From NCBI GenBank assembly GCA_016928575.1, contig JAFGKK010000015.1, positions 108,498 to 172,497 of the forward strand: a stretch of 64,000 nt of DNA. The letters run 5' to 3'. The notes below the pieces were generated by a model, which was given only the letters and a program-made list of their open reading frames with translations, had not been told where the DNA came from and did not search any database. A program made the position numbers and the translations under genes. Position 1 is the stretch's first letter, and each line of letters opens with the position of its first letter. Positions 47,470-55,820 of the stretch are shown here, piece after piece. The stretch is from Anaerolineales bacterium. Lineage in GTDB: Bacteria > Chloroflexota > Anaerolineae > Anaerolineales > RBG-16-64-43.

Positions 47470-48290
47470 CCCGCCCCTCCATTCTTCTGACCAACGACGA
47501 CGGCATCGACGCGCGCGGCTTGTGGATCGCGGCCGAGGCGCTGTCCGCCGTCGGCGAAGTGACGGTCGCCGCGCCAAACCGGCAGTGGTCGGGGGCCGGC
47601 CGAAGTTTGCCCCGCCACACCTCCGGACGGATCGTCACCGTTGAGAAAACCTTCGGCGGCGCGGTCCGCAAAGCGTTCGCCGTCGACGGGTCTCCGGCGC
47701 AGACGGTGTTGTTCGGCTTGTTGGAGATCCTGCCGACGCCCCCGGCGCTCGTCGTCTCGGGCATCAACCTCGGGGAAAATGTCGGTTATGGTGTCACCAT
47801 GTCCGGCACGGTGGGCGCGGCGCTCGAAGCGGCGGCGGCCGGCCTGCCGGCGATCGCGATCTCCCAAGCCACTCCCTCCGGATTGGCCATGGACGACGAC
47901 CGGGACGCGGATTTTTCCGCAACGGGGTATTTCGCGGCTTTGTTTGCGCGCAAGCTGATCGCCGCCGGCCTCCGGGAAGAAGCCCTGGTATTGAAGATCG
48001 ACGTCCCGATCCGCGCCACTCCCGAAACGCCGTGGGCCCTCACCCGCCTTTCGCGCGCGCGGTACTATCAGCCGATGCGCCCAAAGCGAAAATCGTTTTC
48101 CGAGGCGGCCGATATCCCCTACCGGATTCACTTCAACCCGCAAATCGAGGCGGCGGATACCGACGTGTATGCCCTGCACAATCGGCGGATTGTCTCGGTT
48201 ACGCCGCTCGGCTTGGACCTCACCGCCCGCGTGGATTTTCCCGCACTCGAGTCGGCGCTGCGGAATTCGGATGATCCGCCCGGCGCTTAG
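47466..48290 (+). CDS. surE: 5'/3'-nucleotidase SurE
   Basis: GTGA overlap with nfeD. ILLTNDDGIDARGL, SGINLGENVGYGVTMSGTVGAALE. Confidence 0.95.
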   Translation: MTRPSILLTNDDGIDARGLWIAAEALSAVGEVTVAAPNRQWSGAGRSLPRHTSGRIVTVEKTFGGAVRKAFAVDGSPAQTVLFGLLEILPTPPALVVSGINLGENVGYGVTMSGTVGAALEAAAAGLPAIAISQATPSGLAMDDDRDADFSATGYFAALFARKLIAAGLREEALVLKIDVPIRATPETPWALTRLSRARYYQPMRPKRKSFSEAADIPYRIHFNPQIEAADTDVYALHNRRIVSVTPLGLDLTARVDFPALESALRNSDDPPGA

Positions 48291-48336
48291 GCCGCCGCCG
48301 CGCCCGCCTGTTCGATGAACAGAAAGGAGACAACCG

Positions 48337-49503
48337 ATGGCCAGCAAAGTATATTGGGGTTCCCCGCGTCAGTCCGTGATCGGACGGGAAGAAACCCTTC
48401 CCGCCAAACTCGATGTGATTCTCGAAAAGCTTAAGGTCCGCGAGCGGGTGAAGGGCGAGACCGTGGCGATAAAAATGCACACCGGCAATCACATCATCAC
48501 CTCGACCATCCATCCGGTTTTCGTCCGCAAAGTGGTGCAGGCGGTCAAGGAGGGCGGCGGCAAGCCGTTCGTCGCCGACGTCAACTGGGATGCGGAGGGC
48601 GCGGAAGAAAGAGGATATTCCTCCGAGACGATCGGATGTCCGGTGTATCCGACGGCCGGGCCTGACGAAAAGTATTTTTACACCCACACCCGGGAGTTTA
48701 AGAATCTTAAGGAGTGGAAGGTGGCGGGCCTGATCCAGGACGCGACCTTTCTGATTAATTTCGCCCACATCAAGGGCCACCCTTCCTGCGGGTTCGGCGG
48801 CGCCTTCAAGAACATCGCCCTCGGATGCATGGTCGGCGAGACGCGCCGGGCGATGCATGACACGGTTCATTTCGAAAAATACTGGTTCGCCGAGAAATGC
48901 CCGGACGAGGCAACCCGCCAAAAAATCATCGATTCCTGCCCGATGGGCGCGCTGGTCCCGGACCGGAACGATCCGCGCGAGCTGCACTTGCACACCGAGC
49001 CGTGCAACCAATGCGGCCGCTGCCTTAAGGTCGCTCCGGAAGGATCGCTGAAGATCGCTCCGGCGACTTTTTGGGCTTTCCAGGAGGCCTGCGCGATCAG
49101 CACCGCGATCACCCTCTCGACCTTCGCCCCGGGCAAGGCGGTTCACATCAGCCTGGCGACCCAGATGACCCCGGTGTGCGACTGCTTCGGCTTCACGGGC
49201 ATGTCGATCCTTCCAGACGCGGGCATCTTCGGTTCGGACGACATCGTCGCGGTCGACCGGGCGGTGCTGGATACCGTCGCCAAGCTGAAGCTCATCGATG
49301 AAAACATGACCGCCTCGCTGAAGCCGTACCTGTGGCCGGAGGGGCATCCGTTTACCCGCATGCATGGACCGATGAAGGACCCCTATAAAGTGACCGAATA
49401 CGGTGAAGCGCTCGGGTTGGGGTCTCGCGAGTACGATCTCGTCGATGTGCTGCCGGTGGACGAAAAGGCGAAACCCAGCCGATGGTTCATTTCCGCGGCG
49501 TGA
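48337..49503 (+). CDS. DUF362-domain protein (COG2768-like putative Fe-S protein)
   Basis: VAIKMHTGN...FVRKVVQAVKEGGGKPFVADV...NFAHIKGHPSCGFGGAFKNIALGC. One ferredoxin-like CNQCGRC segment. Confidence 0.7.
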   Translation: MASKVYWGSPRQSVIGREETLPAKLDVILEKLKVRERVKGETVAIKMHTGNHIITSTIHPVFVRKVVQAVKEGGGKPFVADVNWDAEGAEERGYSSETIGCPVYPTAGPDEKYFYTHTREFKNLKEWKVAGLIQDATFLINFAHIKGHPSCGFGGAFKNIALGCMVGETRRAMHDTVHFEKYWFAEKCPDEATRQKIIDSCPMGALVPDRNDPRELHLHTEPCNQCGRCLKVAPEGSLKIAPATFWAFQEACAISTAITLSTFAPGKAVHISLATQMTPVCDCFGFTGMSILPDAGIFGSDDIVAVDRAVLDTVAKLKLIDENMTASLKPYLWPEGHPFTRMHGPMKDPYKVTEYGEALGLGSREYDLVDVLPVDEKAKPSRWFISAA

Positions 49504-49638
49504 GCGAAAAAGCGAACACCGAGATTGCTTCCCGGCACAAGAATGCGACCGCGGCCGCCGATCGCGGCAATTCACAGGGAGCGCGCAAGCGGTTGCTTTC
49601 AAGCGACGAATTCCGTCAGCGCCGGCAAATGAACGCCC

Positions 49639-50247
49639 ATGGTCCGGATGGATGAGGGAAAAACGAACTTCAAGGTTTTCTTTTCACTCCCCGGAGAACC
49701 GGCGGCCCGGCGGATCACGTTCCTCGTCCTCCTCACCTGCGCGGCGATCGCCGCCGGGGCCGCGGCGCTGATCCTCACCTGGATGGTCTCGGGCGACCTG
49801 GAGGCGGCCACCGTCGCAGCCGCCGTGGTTTTGGCGCTGATCCTGGCCGGGTTGGCCGGGATGTCGCTGCGCGGAAAGGGCCGTGTGGCGCTGGTCCTTC
49901 TTTGCGGCTTGCTTTTCCTCCTCGTAGCCGCGGATTTGTATGCTTACGGTTTGCACTCCTCGATGGCTTCCGCATTCCTGATCCCGATCGTGTTGGCGGC
50001 CCGCGGCTTCGGATTGCGGGCGGGCATCGGCGCGGCGGCGGCCTGTTCCCTGTTCAGTTGGCTGCTCGCGGCCGGGGCAAATGCGCCTTGGCTCGCGGCC
50101 CCGTATCCGGCGGACATTTCACACCTTACCTTCGACGCCCCGGCGCTCACCGTGGTCTTCCTGATTTGCGCCGTCATCGCCGGATACGGGGCCGACGGCC
50201 GGCGGCGGGGAGCGGACAGCGAGATTACGGGCAAGGAGGGAACATGA
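49639..50247 (+). CDS. Hypothetical membrane protein (about 6 TM helices)
   Basis: 202 aa, hydrophobic A/L/G-rich helices. ATGA overlap with corA. Confidence 0.5.
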   Translation: MVRMDEGKTNFKVFFSLPGEPAARRITFLVLLTCAAIAAGAAALILTWMVSGDLEAATVAAAVVLALILAGLAGMSLRGKGRVALVLLCGLLFLLVAADLYAYGLHSSMASAFLIPIVLAARGFGLRAGIGAAAACSLFSWLLAAGANAPWLAAPYPADISHLTFDAPALTVVFLICAVIAGYGADGRRRGADSEITGKEGT

Positions 50248-51233
50248 TCCGGACGTTGTATCGCACGCCGGAGGGGGAACTGCGGTGGGATCTGAAGCCG
50301 GAGGATTTCCCCTCCGCGCTAAACACGCCGGACGGAGTGTTGTGGGTGGATTTCGAGAACACCCCGGCGCAGGAAGATGAACCGATCCTGCTCCAAGCCT
50401 TCCGATTCCATCCCTTGGCGGTGGACGACGCGCTGCGGGAATCCCATGCACCGAAGGTGGAAGACTGGGATTCGTACTTGTACCTCGTGCTGCACGCCAT
50501 CGCTTTCGGGCGAAACCACGACGGGAAGCTGGAGACCGACGAAGTGGACGTGTTCCTGGGGCGGAATTACATCGTCACGCACCACGATCAGCCGGTTGCC
50601 GCAATCCATCACGTCTGGGATTGCTGCCGGCGGGACGAACGCTACCTCAGCCGGGGGACCGACCACATTCTCTACCGGCTTGTGGACGATATGGTGGCGG
50701 CCTATATGCCGGCGGTCGAGGAGATCGACGAGGCCATCGAAGCCCAGGAGAACGAAATTTTCGACCATCCCACTCCCGCCAATCTCGCCGAGCTGTTCAA
50801 GCTTAAACGCGCCCTGCTGCAGCTTCGGCGGATCATCGCCCCCCAACGGGAAGTGCTCAACAAATTGGCGCGGGACGACTACCCGGTGATCGACGCCAAG
50901 GACCGCATTTTCTTCCGCGACGTGTACGACCACCTGGTCCGGCTGCACGACATCAACGAGAGCATGCGCGACCTGGTCGGCGGCGCGCTCGACACGTACC
51001 TCTCGGTGATCAACAACCGGATGAACGACATCATGAAGACCCTTACCGTGATCACCACCCTCTTCATGCCGATGTCGTTCGTGGCGGGGTTTTTCGGCAT
51101 GAACTTCTTCCTCCCCGCCGGACCCCAGCTGGGAAGCATCATCTCGCCTCTTGGATTTCTGATTACGCTGGCGGTGATGCTCGCCCTGCCGATTCTGATG
51201 ATCCTCCTGCTGCGGAAGAATGGATGGATGTGA
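50244..51233 (+). CDS. corA: Magnesium/cobalt transporter CorA
   Basis: Internal ATG at 50244 gives MIRTLYRTPEGEL.... MKTLTVITTLFMPMSFVAGFFGMNF (GMN motif). 329 aa. Confidence 0.93.
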   Translation: MIRTLYRTPEGELRWDLKPEDFPSALNTPDGVLWVDFENTPAQEDEPILLQAFRFHPLAVDDALRESHAPKVEDWDSYLYLVLHAIAFGRNHDGKLETDEVDVFLGRNYIVTHHDQPVAAIHHVWDCCRRDERYLSRGTDHILYRLVDDMVAAYMPAVEEIDEAIEAQENEIFDHPTPANLAELFKLKRALLQLRRIIAPQREVLNKLARDDYPVIDAKDRIFFRDVYDHLVRLHDINESMRDLVGGALDTYLSVINNRMNDIMKTLTVITTLFMPMSFVAGFFGMNFFLPAGPQLGSIISPLGFLITLAVMLALPILMILLLRKNGWM

Positions 51234-51296
51234 CGGCGGCATCCCGCGGCGGATTCCGTTCGCGGCGGCGGGGAGTCGCGGCTATAATAACGGCCT

Positions 51297-51785
51297 ATGC
51301 CCTCGAAACAGCCTTCTACAACATTACAACCGCCGCCGTTCCCCGCCGGGTTGTTCCTTATGGGGGGAGTCTTCGCCCTTCTGGGTTGGGGCGGAGTGGC
51401 GGCGGTGGTATTCCTAACCCAGCCGTTCCTCGGTCCGCGCTGGCTGTTTTTCTTTTCCCTGTTTCTGGCTTTTACGGGAACCGCGCTTCCCGTCGTTTGG
51501 TACCTTAACCGGCGGTTCACCGCCGAACGGTTTCCTTCCGAAGGCGTCCTCGTGCGCGAGGCGATCGAAGCCGCATCGCTGGGAGTGTTTCTGATCTGGC
51601 TGCAGGCGGGGCGGATGTTCACGCCGTTCCTGGGCTGGGCTTTTTTCGGCGCTTTTCTCGCCGTCGAATTGCTTCTGAGAGTGTATGAAAACAGCCGCTG
51701 GTCTCCGGCGGCGCCGGTGGAGGTAGAACCGGCGGCTGGATCGGAGCCGGAAGCGGAGTCTTCCCTCGGCGAAGAACCCTCCTAA
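51297..51785 (+). CDS. Hypothetical membrane protein (4 TM helices) with acidic C-terminal tail
   Basis: 162-aa ORF, hydrophobic helices. No family recognised. Confidence 0.45.
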   Translation: MPSKQPSTTLQPPPFPAGLFLMGGVFALLGWGGVAAVVFLTQPFLGPRWLFFFSLFLAFTGTALPVVWYLNRRFTAERFPSEGVLVREAIEAASLGVFLIWLQAGRMFTPFLGWAFFGAFLAVELLLRVYENSRWSPAAPVEVEPAAGSEPEAESSLGEEPS

Positions 51786-51927
51786 ACGTTGCTTAACCCC
51801 TCCCTGGCTTTTTCCAGATCACGCAACGAAGTGTTCCCCGTTCGGGAAATGTCCGCGCTTCGATTTGGATAGGGCTGGGAGGGGTATAATTCCGCCGACG
51901 GTTTTCCGGATCACAAAAAGGCGGGGT

Positions 51928-52926
51928 ATGAAAGAAAAATGCTCATCCGGGACGGCGGGGAAGCGGGGAACCTGGCTGACCTATCGGCCGGACATTAATG
52001 TGTTGGATTGCACAATCCGCGACGGGGGATTGGTCAACAACTCCCAATTCACGGATGATTTTGTCCGAGCGGTGTATCAGGCGCTGGCGGAAGCCGGCGT
52101 GGATTACATGGAAATCGGATACAAGGGGGACCAGAAAATTTATTCGCCCTCGGAATACGGCTGCTGGAAGCATTGCCAGGAAGAGGATATCCGCCGGATC
52201 GTCGGCGAAAATAAAACCGCGATCAAGCTTTCGGCCATGGCCGACGCCGAACGCACCAACTACCATGAGGATTTCCTGCCGAAGGAAAAAAGCGTCCTGG
52301 ATATGATCCGCGTGGCGGCCTACATCCATCAGATCCCGACCGCGCTGGATATGATCAAAGCCGCGCACGACAAAGGCTACGAGACCACGCTGAACCTGAT
52401 GTCGGTTTCGATCGTCCACGACCGCGAATTGGAAGAGGCGCTGGAAATCCTGTCTGAATCCGAGGTGGATGTCCTGTACATCGTCGACAGCTTCGGAGCG
52501 CTGTATTCGGAGGAAATCCAGGCGCTAACCCGCACGTTCATGAAGTTCGCCGAGGCTTCCGGGAAGAAGGTCGGCGTCCACGCCCACAACAACCAGCAGT
52601 TGGCCTACGCCAATACCATCGAGGCGTTGATCCTCGGGGCGAGTTACTTGGATTCGACCGTGGCGGGATTGGGGCGCGGCGCGGGCAACTGCGCGACGGA
52701 ACTCCTGCTCGGCTTTCTGAAGAATCCGAAATTCCACCTGCGGCCGATTCTACGGTGCATTCAGGAGCACTTCCTGCCGCTGCGGAGTGAAATCACGTGG
52801 GGGTACGACATTCCCCTGCTGATCACCGGGCAAAGGAACATCCACCCCCGTTCCGCCATCGCCTTCCTCGAGGGGGACCGCAAGCGGGATATCCTCGCCT
52901 TTTACGACTCCATCATGGGGGATTGA
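51928..52926 (+). CDS. DRE-TIM (HMGL-like) aldolase/pyruvate carboxyltransferase-domain protein
   Basis: VLDCTIRDGGLVNN (DxTLRDG-type metal site), VGVHAHNNQQLAYANT (HxH). ATG at 51928 with AAGGCGGGG upstream. Confidence 0.75.
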   Translation: MKEKCSSGTAGKRGTWLTYRPDINVLDCTIRDGGLVNNSQFTDDFVRAVYQALAEAGVDYMEIGYKGDQKIYSPSEYGCWKHCQEEDIRRIVGENKTAIKLSAMADAERTNYHEDFLPKEKSVLDMIRVAAYIHQIPTALDMIKAAHDKGYETTLNLMSVSIVHDRELEEALEILSESEVDVLYIVDSFGALYSEEIQALTRTFMKFAEASGKKVGVHAHNNQQLAYANTIEALILGASYLDSTVAGLGRGAGNCATELLLGFLKNPKFHLRPILRCIQEHFLPLRSEITWGYDIPLLITGQRNIHPRSAIAFLEGDRKRDILAFYDSIMGD

Positions 52927-52939
52927 GGAAGGCGGAGGA

Positions 52940-53248
52940 TCAACCCTCCACGGATTCCTCGATGGTTTTTTCCACCGTGAACTCCCGGTATTTCTTTTCC
53001 AGGGAACGGAGGCCGGGAAGAAGAATGTTGGCAAGTCGACCGGCCGTCTGGCGCAGATCCTCCAAAAATTTTTCCTTTTGTTTTCCCTCCCATTCCGAAT
53101 CCAGGGACCTGGATATTTCCCGCAACGCGGCCTGATCGTTTTCCGCGGCGCTGCGGGATTCTCCGAACACGCGGGCGACGGCGTCCGCCTCGGGAGGGTG
53201 CACGCGGATGATTCTCCGGATGATTCTCGGGCTTTTGTAGACGGGCAT
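52940..53248 (-). CDS. WXG100 (ESAT-6-like) family small protein
   Basis: 102 aa. IRVHPPEADAVARVFGESRSAAEND...SRSLDSEWEGKQKEKFLEDLRQ shows a helix, W-x-G, helix layout and the length typical of WXG100 proteins. Confidence 0.6.
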   Translation of the reverse strand: MPVYKSPRIIRRIIRVHPPEADAVARVFGESRSAAENDQAALREISRSLDSEWEGKQKEKFLEDLRQTAGRLANILLPGLRSLEKKYREFTVEKTIEESVEG

Positions 53249-53314
53249 TATGTCGCCCCCTTTCGGTATGGATTATAATTCATCCGGCGCACAATTGCTT
53301 CGCGCCCGGGGGGG

Positions 53315-54691
53315 ATGCCGATGACCAGAATTCGAATGGATACCGACCTGTTGTTCAAGAACGCCGATGCGATTCATGCCATCGGCGAACGTTTCCGCCG
53401 CGATGCCGACAGCCTCCTGTCGAGGATTCAAGGCGTCGGAAGCGCCTGTCCGGACCTCGCGGCGTCGGCACGCAAAGACGCCCTCGAAGCGCAGCAGTGG
53501 ATTCTCTCCCTAAGCCTTCGGCTGGAAACGCATGCCGAGATGCTCGCGGCGCTGGCCAATGCGTTTAAATCGATCGACGAGGAAACCATCGCCGCGCTGA
53601 TCGCCGCGCAAGGGGAAGGATGGTTCCGGCAGACGTACTTCCCCGTTCTCTTGTATCCGGATCCGGAAGGGTTCACTCCGTATTACCTCCCCCAGACGCG
53701 GGTTTGGCTTTCGGATTGGGTGCCGGTATATGTGCAGGGAGTGCAGGGATTGCGACAAGTCGCCACCTATCACACCGGCCGTCTGGTGACGAATGTCGTC
53801 GGCGAATGGACGGATCCCCGAACGGGAAAAGGATATTATGTGGCGGACTTGGGCGGCGGTCAGTTCGTGTACATTCCGAAATCGAAGAACAGCGCTGCCG
53901 TCGATTTATCGCTCATTCCGAACCGGGAAGGATCCTTCACGGACGGCCAGCAGGTCGCCGATCCCCCGTTGCCGCCGCCGTTCGGACCCGATGGACGGGA
54001 TCCTGCGTGGTATCTGCCCGGAGATCCATGGCAAAACCTGATCCTCGGCAACATGGATATCGACGGAATTGGCGGCGGACGCTTTCCGGACATTCCGCAC
54101 ACCAACCTGTGCGGCGAGCTGTCCGTCCTCTTCGCTGTCGGGGAAACGGATTTGGAAGGGGGCCTCTCGCGGTTTGCGCAACTTCGGGGTCTCGGGTATT
54201 GGAACAGCGACGGGACCAAGACGGAGTATCACGGCACCCAGGTTCTGCAGAACACCCATCATACGACCAGCGCCTATGATCTCAAGCGTTTATTCGAGGA
54301 ATGCGGATACGAGGCCCAGATCTCAAACGGCGGATTGCCTCCGCCGGATGTGCTGGCGGCAAAGATCCAATCCGGCCATTCCGTGGTGGTCCTGACCGAA
54401 TTGGATACCCGGCGGGAAATTTTCCTTCCGTCGGCGAATTCCTTCGGCCCCAATCCCACCTATGGGCAGCTGGTGCCCGGCGCCGCACCGCAGACCCCGG
54501 GCCGAGCCGCGCACTGGGTGACGGTGACGGACGTGTTCCAAGACGGCGGCGGGGATATCTTTGTGGAGGTGTTCAATCCCTACAGCGGATCCAAGGAGAC
54601 GTACACATGGGACACGTTCGTAAAAACCTGCCAACAGCCCGGATCCCAGACGGCTGGAAGCTATACCTATGTTGAAGCGGTCAAACCATGA
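53315..54691 (+). CDS. Multidomain protein: WXG100-like helical N-domain, beta-rich middle, papain-like (C39-like) Cys/His C-domain
   Basis: N-terminus IRMDTDLLFKNADAIHAIGERFRRDADSLL...ANAFKSIDEE. C-terminus NLCGELS (Cys266), AAHWVTVTDV (His400), EVFNPYSG (Asn421), in the order expected for a papain-fold peptidase. Confidence 0.55.
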   Translation: MPMTRIRMDTDLLFKNADAIHAIGERFRRDADSLLSRIQGVGSACPDLAASARKDALEAQQWILSLSLRLETHAEMLAALANAFKSIDEETIAALIAAQGEGWFRQTYFPVLLYPDPEGFTPYYLPQTRVWLSDWVPVYVQGVQGLRQVATYHTGRLVTNVVGEWTDPRTGKGYYVADLGGGQFVYIPKSKNSAAVDLSLIPNREGSFTDGQQVADPPLPPPFGPDGRDPAWYLPGDPWQNLILGNMDIDGIGGGRFPDIPHTNLCGELSVLFAVGETDLEGGLSRFAQLRGLGYWNSDGTKTEYHGTQVLQNTHHTTSAYDLKRLFEECGYEAQISNGGLPPPDVLAAKIQSGHSVVVLTELDTRREIFLPSANSFGPNPTYGQLVPGAAPQTPGRAAHWVTVTDVFQDGGGDIFVEVFNPYSGSKETYTWDTFVKTCQQPGSQTAGSYTYVEAVKP

Positions 54692-54727
54692 TCCGCCGGA
54701 GGCAGCCTGCCGCGCGGTAGATTATTG

Positions 54728-54976
54728 TCATTGTTCCCGATCGATCAGCGCGTAGATCTCGGCTTTTCGGGATACCCCAAACTTGCTTAATACATGACGG
54801 ACGTGAGTTTTTACCGTTTCGGGAGAGACCACCAAGCTTTCCGCCATTTCCCGGTTTGTCTGTCCGGCGGCGATAAGGGTAAGAACTTCACGTTCACGCC
54901 GGGTTAATGCCGAATAGGAAACGACGGCAGAATCACGAAGTGCACTCTGGGGGAATTGTTCAATAATCCTTTCCAT
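54728..54976 (-). CDS. Stand-alone LuxR/GerE-type helix-turn-helix transcription regulator
   Basis: ATG at 54976 gives MERIIEQF...LTRREREVLTLIAAGQTNREMAESLVVSPETVKTHVRHVLSKFGV. 82 aa, with no receiver or ligand domain. Confidence 0.85.
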   Translation of the reverse strand: MERIIEQFPQSALRDSAVVSYSALTRREREVLTLIAAGQTNREMAESLVVSPETVKTHVRHVLSKFGVSRKAEIYALIDREQ

Positions 54977-55017
54977 GGGTTCCTCGTTTTTTAGGAAGGA
55001 GATGCTGAGGTTCGGGG

Positions 55018-55047
55018 ATAATAGCACATTTGTTCTATTGCTGTCAA
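55018..55047 (-). promoter_or_regulatory. Sigma70-type promoter for the LuxR-type gene
   Basis: Minus strand: TTGACA (55047-55042), 18 nt spacer, TATTAT (55023-55018). Confidence 0.5.
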
Positions 55048-55363
55048 TCGCCAGAAATAAGGTGGAATTAATGGATATACGTAGATATTAGGTTTCTCTT
55101 TAATATTGGAACGGAGTCTATATCATTGAGAAAGAAGCCAGAACTTGGCTTTATTTGTCTACAGAAAGGCGCAAAGACCTCAAACACGTCGTAAAAACTT
55201 TTGAGTGTCATGCGGGGAGCGGCCGGCTTTGGTAAGAATAAGAGGTGTTTTTTCCCGGCAGGTGACTTTTTAAAGATCCATATTAACGCCCTCCGTAAAA
55301 TTTTGGGATTCTACAAATCCGGTGCGTTTTTCCGCCGCTGACAGCGGTAAAGGGAATTGCGGC

Positions 55364-55391
55364 TTGACATCGCCGTCCATTGGGATATACT
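55364..55391 (+). promoter_or_regulatory. Near-consensus sigma70-type promoter of the T-box leader
   Basis: TTGACA (55364-55369), 16 nt spacer, TATACT (55386-55391). Confidence 0.55.
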
Positions 55392-55397
55392 CTGCCT

Positions 55398-55730
55398 CCA
55401 TTCGAAAATCGAAAAAACGTGGATGAGGACGAGTACGCGGCGAGCGCTCCTCAGAGAGCCGGCGTAAAGGTGGAAGACCGGCGGCGGCGCGAACGCGGAA
55501 TGGACCTCGGAGTTGCAGGGCGAAAGCAGGCGCAAGATCCCGCCATAGCCTGAGCCGGATCCGCCCCCGTTACCGGGCGGGGGGGGCGCCGGGAAACCGG
55601 TAACCCCGACGAGTGAGGCTGGCAAACCAAACCCTGCACATTCACGCAGGGTTTTGCGTTTCCGACACCGGCCGAACTTGGGTGGCACCGCGAGCGAAAC
55701 GCCCGTCCCAAGAAGGAGACGGGCGTTTTT
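55398..55730 (+). promoter_or_regulatory. T-box riboswitch leader, tryptophan specifier (UGG)
   Basis: Stem I elements: ATGA/AGTA (55422-55435) and AGAGAG (55453-55458). Specifier context GAA-TGG-A (TGG at 55501-55503). T-box sequence AACTTGGGTGGCACCGCG (55675-55692). Terminator AACGCCCGTC...GACGGGCGTTTTT (55698-55730) overlaps the antiterminator 3' half. Confidence 0.85.
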
Positions 55731-55820
55731 AATTTCCGGCGGACGGATGGGATTCCTCCGTTGCGCCGAACGGAAACCATCATCCGCCGATCGACCCATT
55801 TTTGCTCCAGGAGGAGACGC

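Noticed and set aside
55210-55341. 43-codon plus-strand ORF (MRGAAGFGKNKRCFFPAGDFLKIHINALRKILGFYKSGAFFRR*) in the AT-rich island
   Set aside because: It has no Shine-Dalgarno sequence and no supporting motif, and it runs to within ~20 nt of the T-box promoter -35. The evidence is insufficient.
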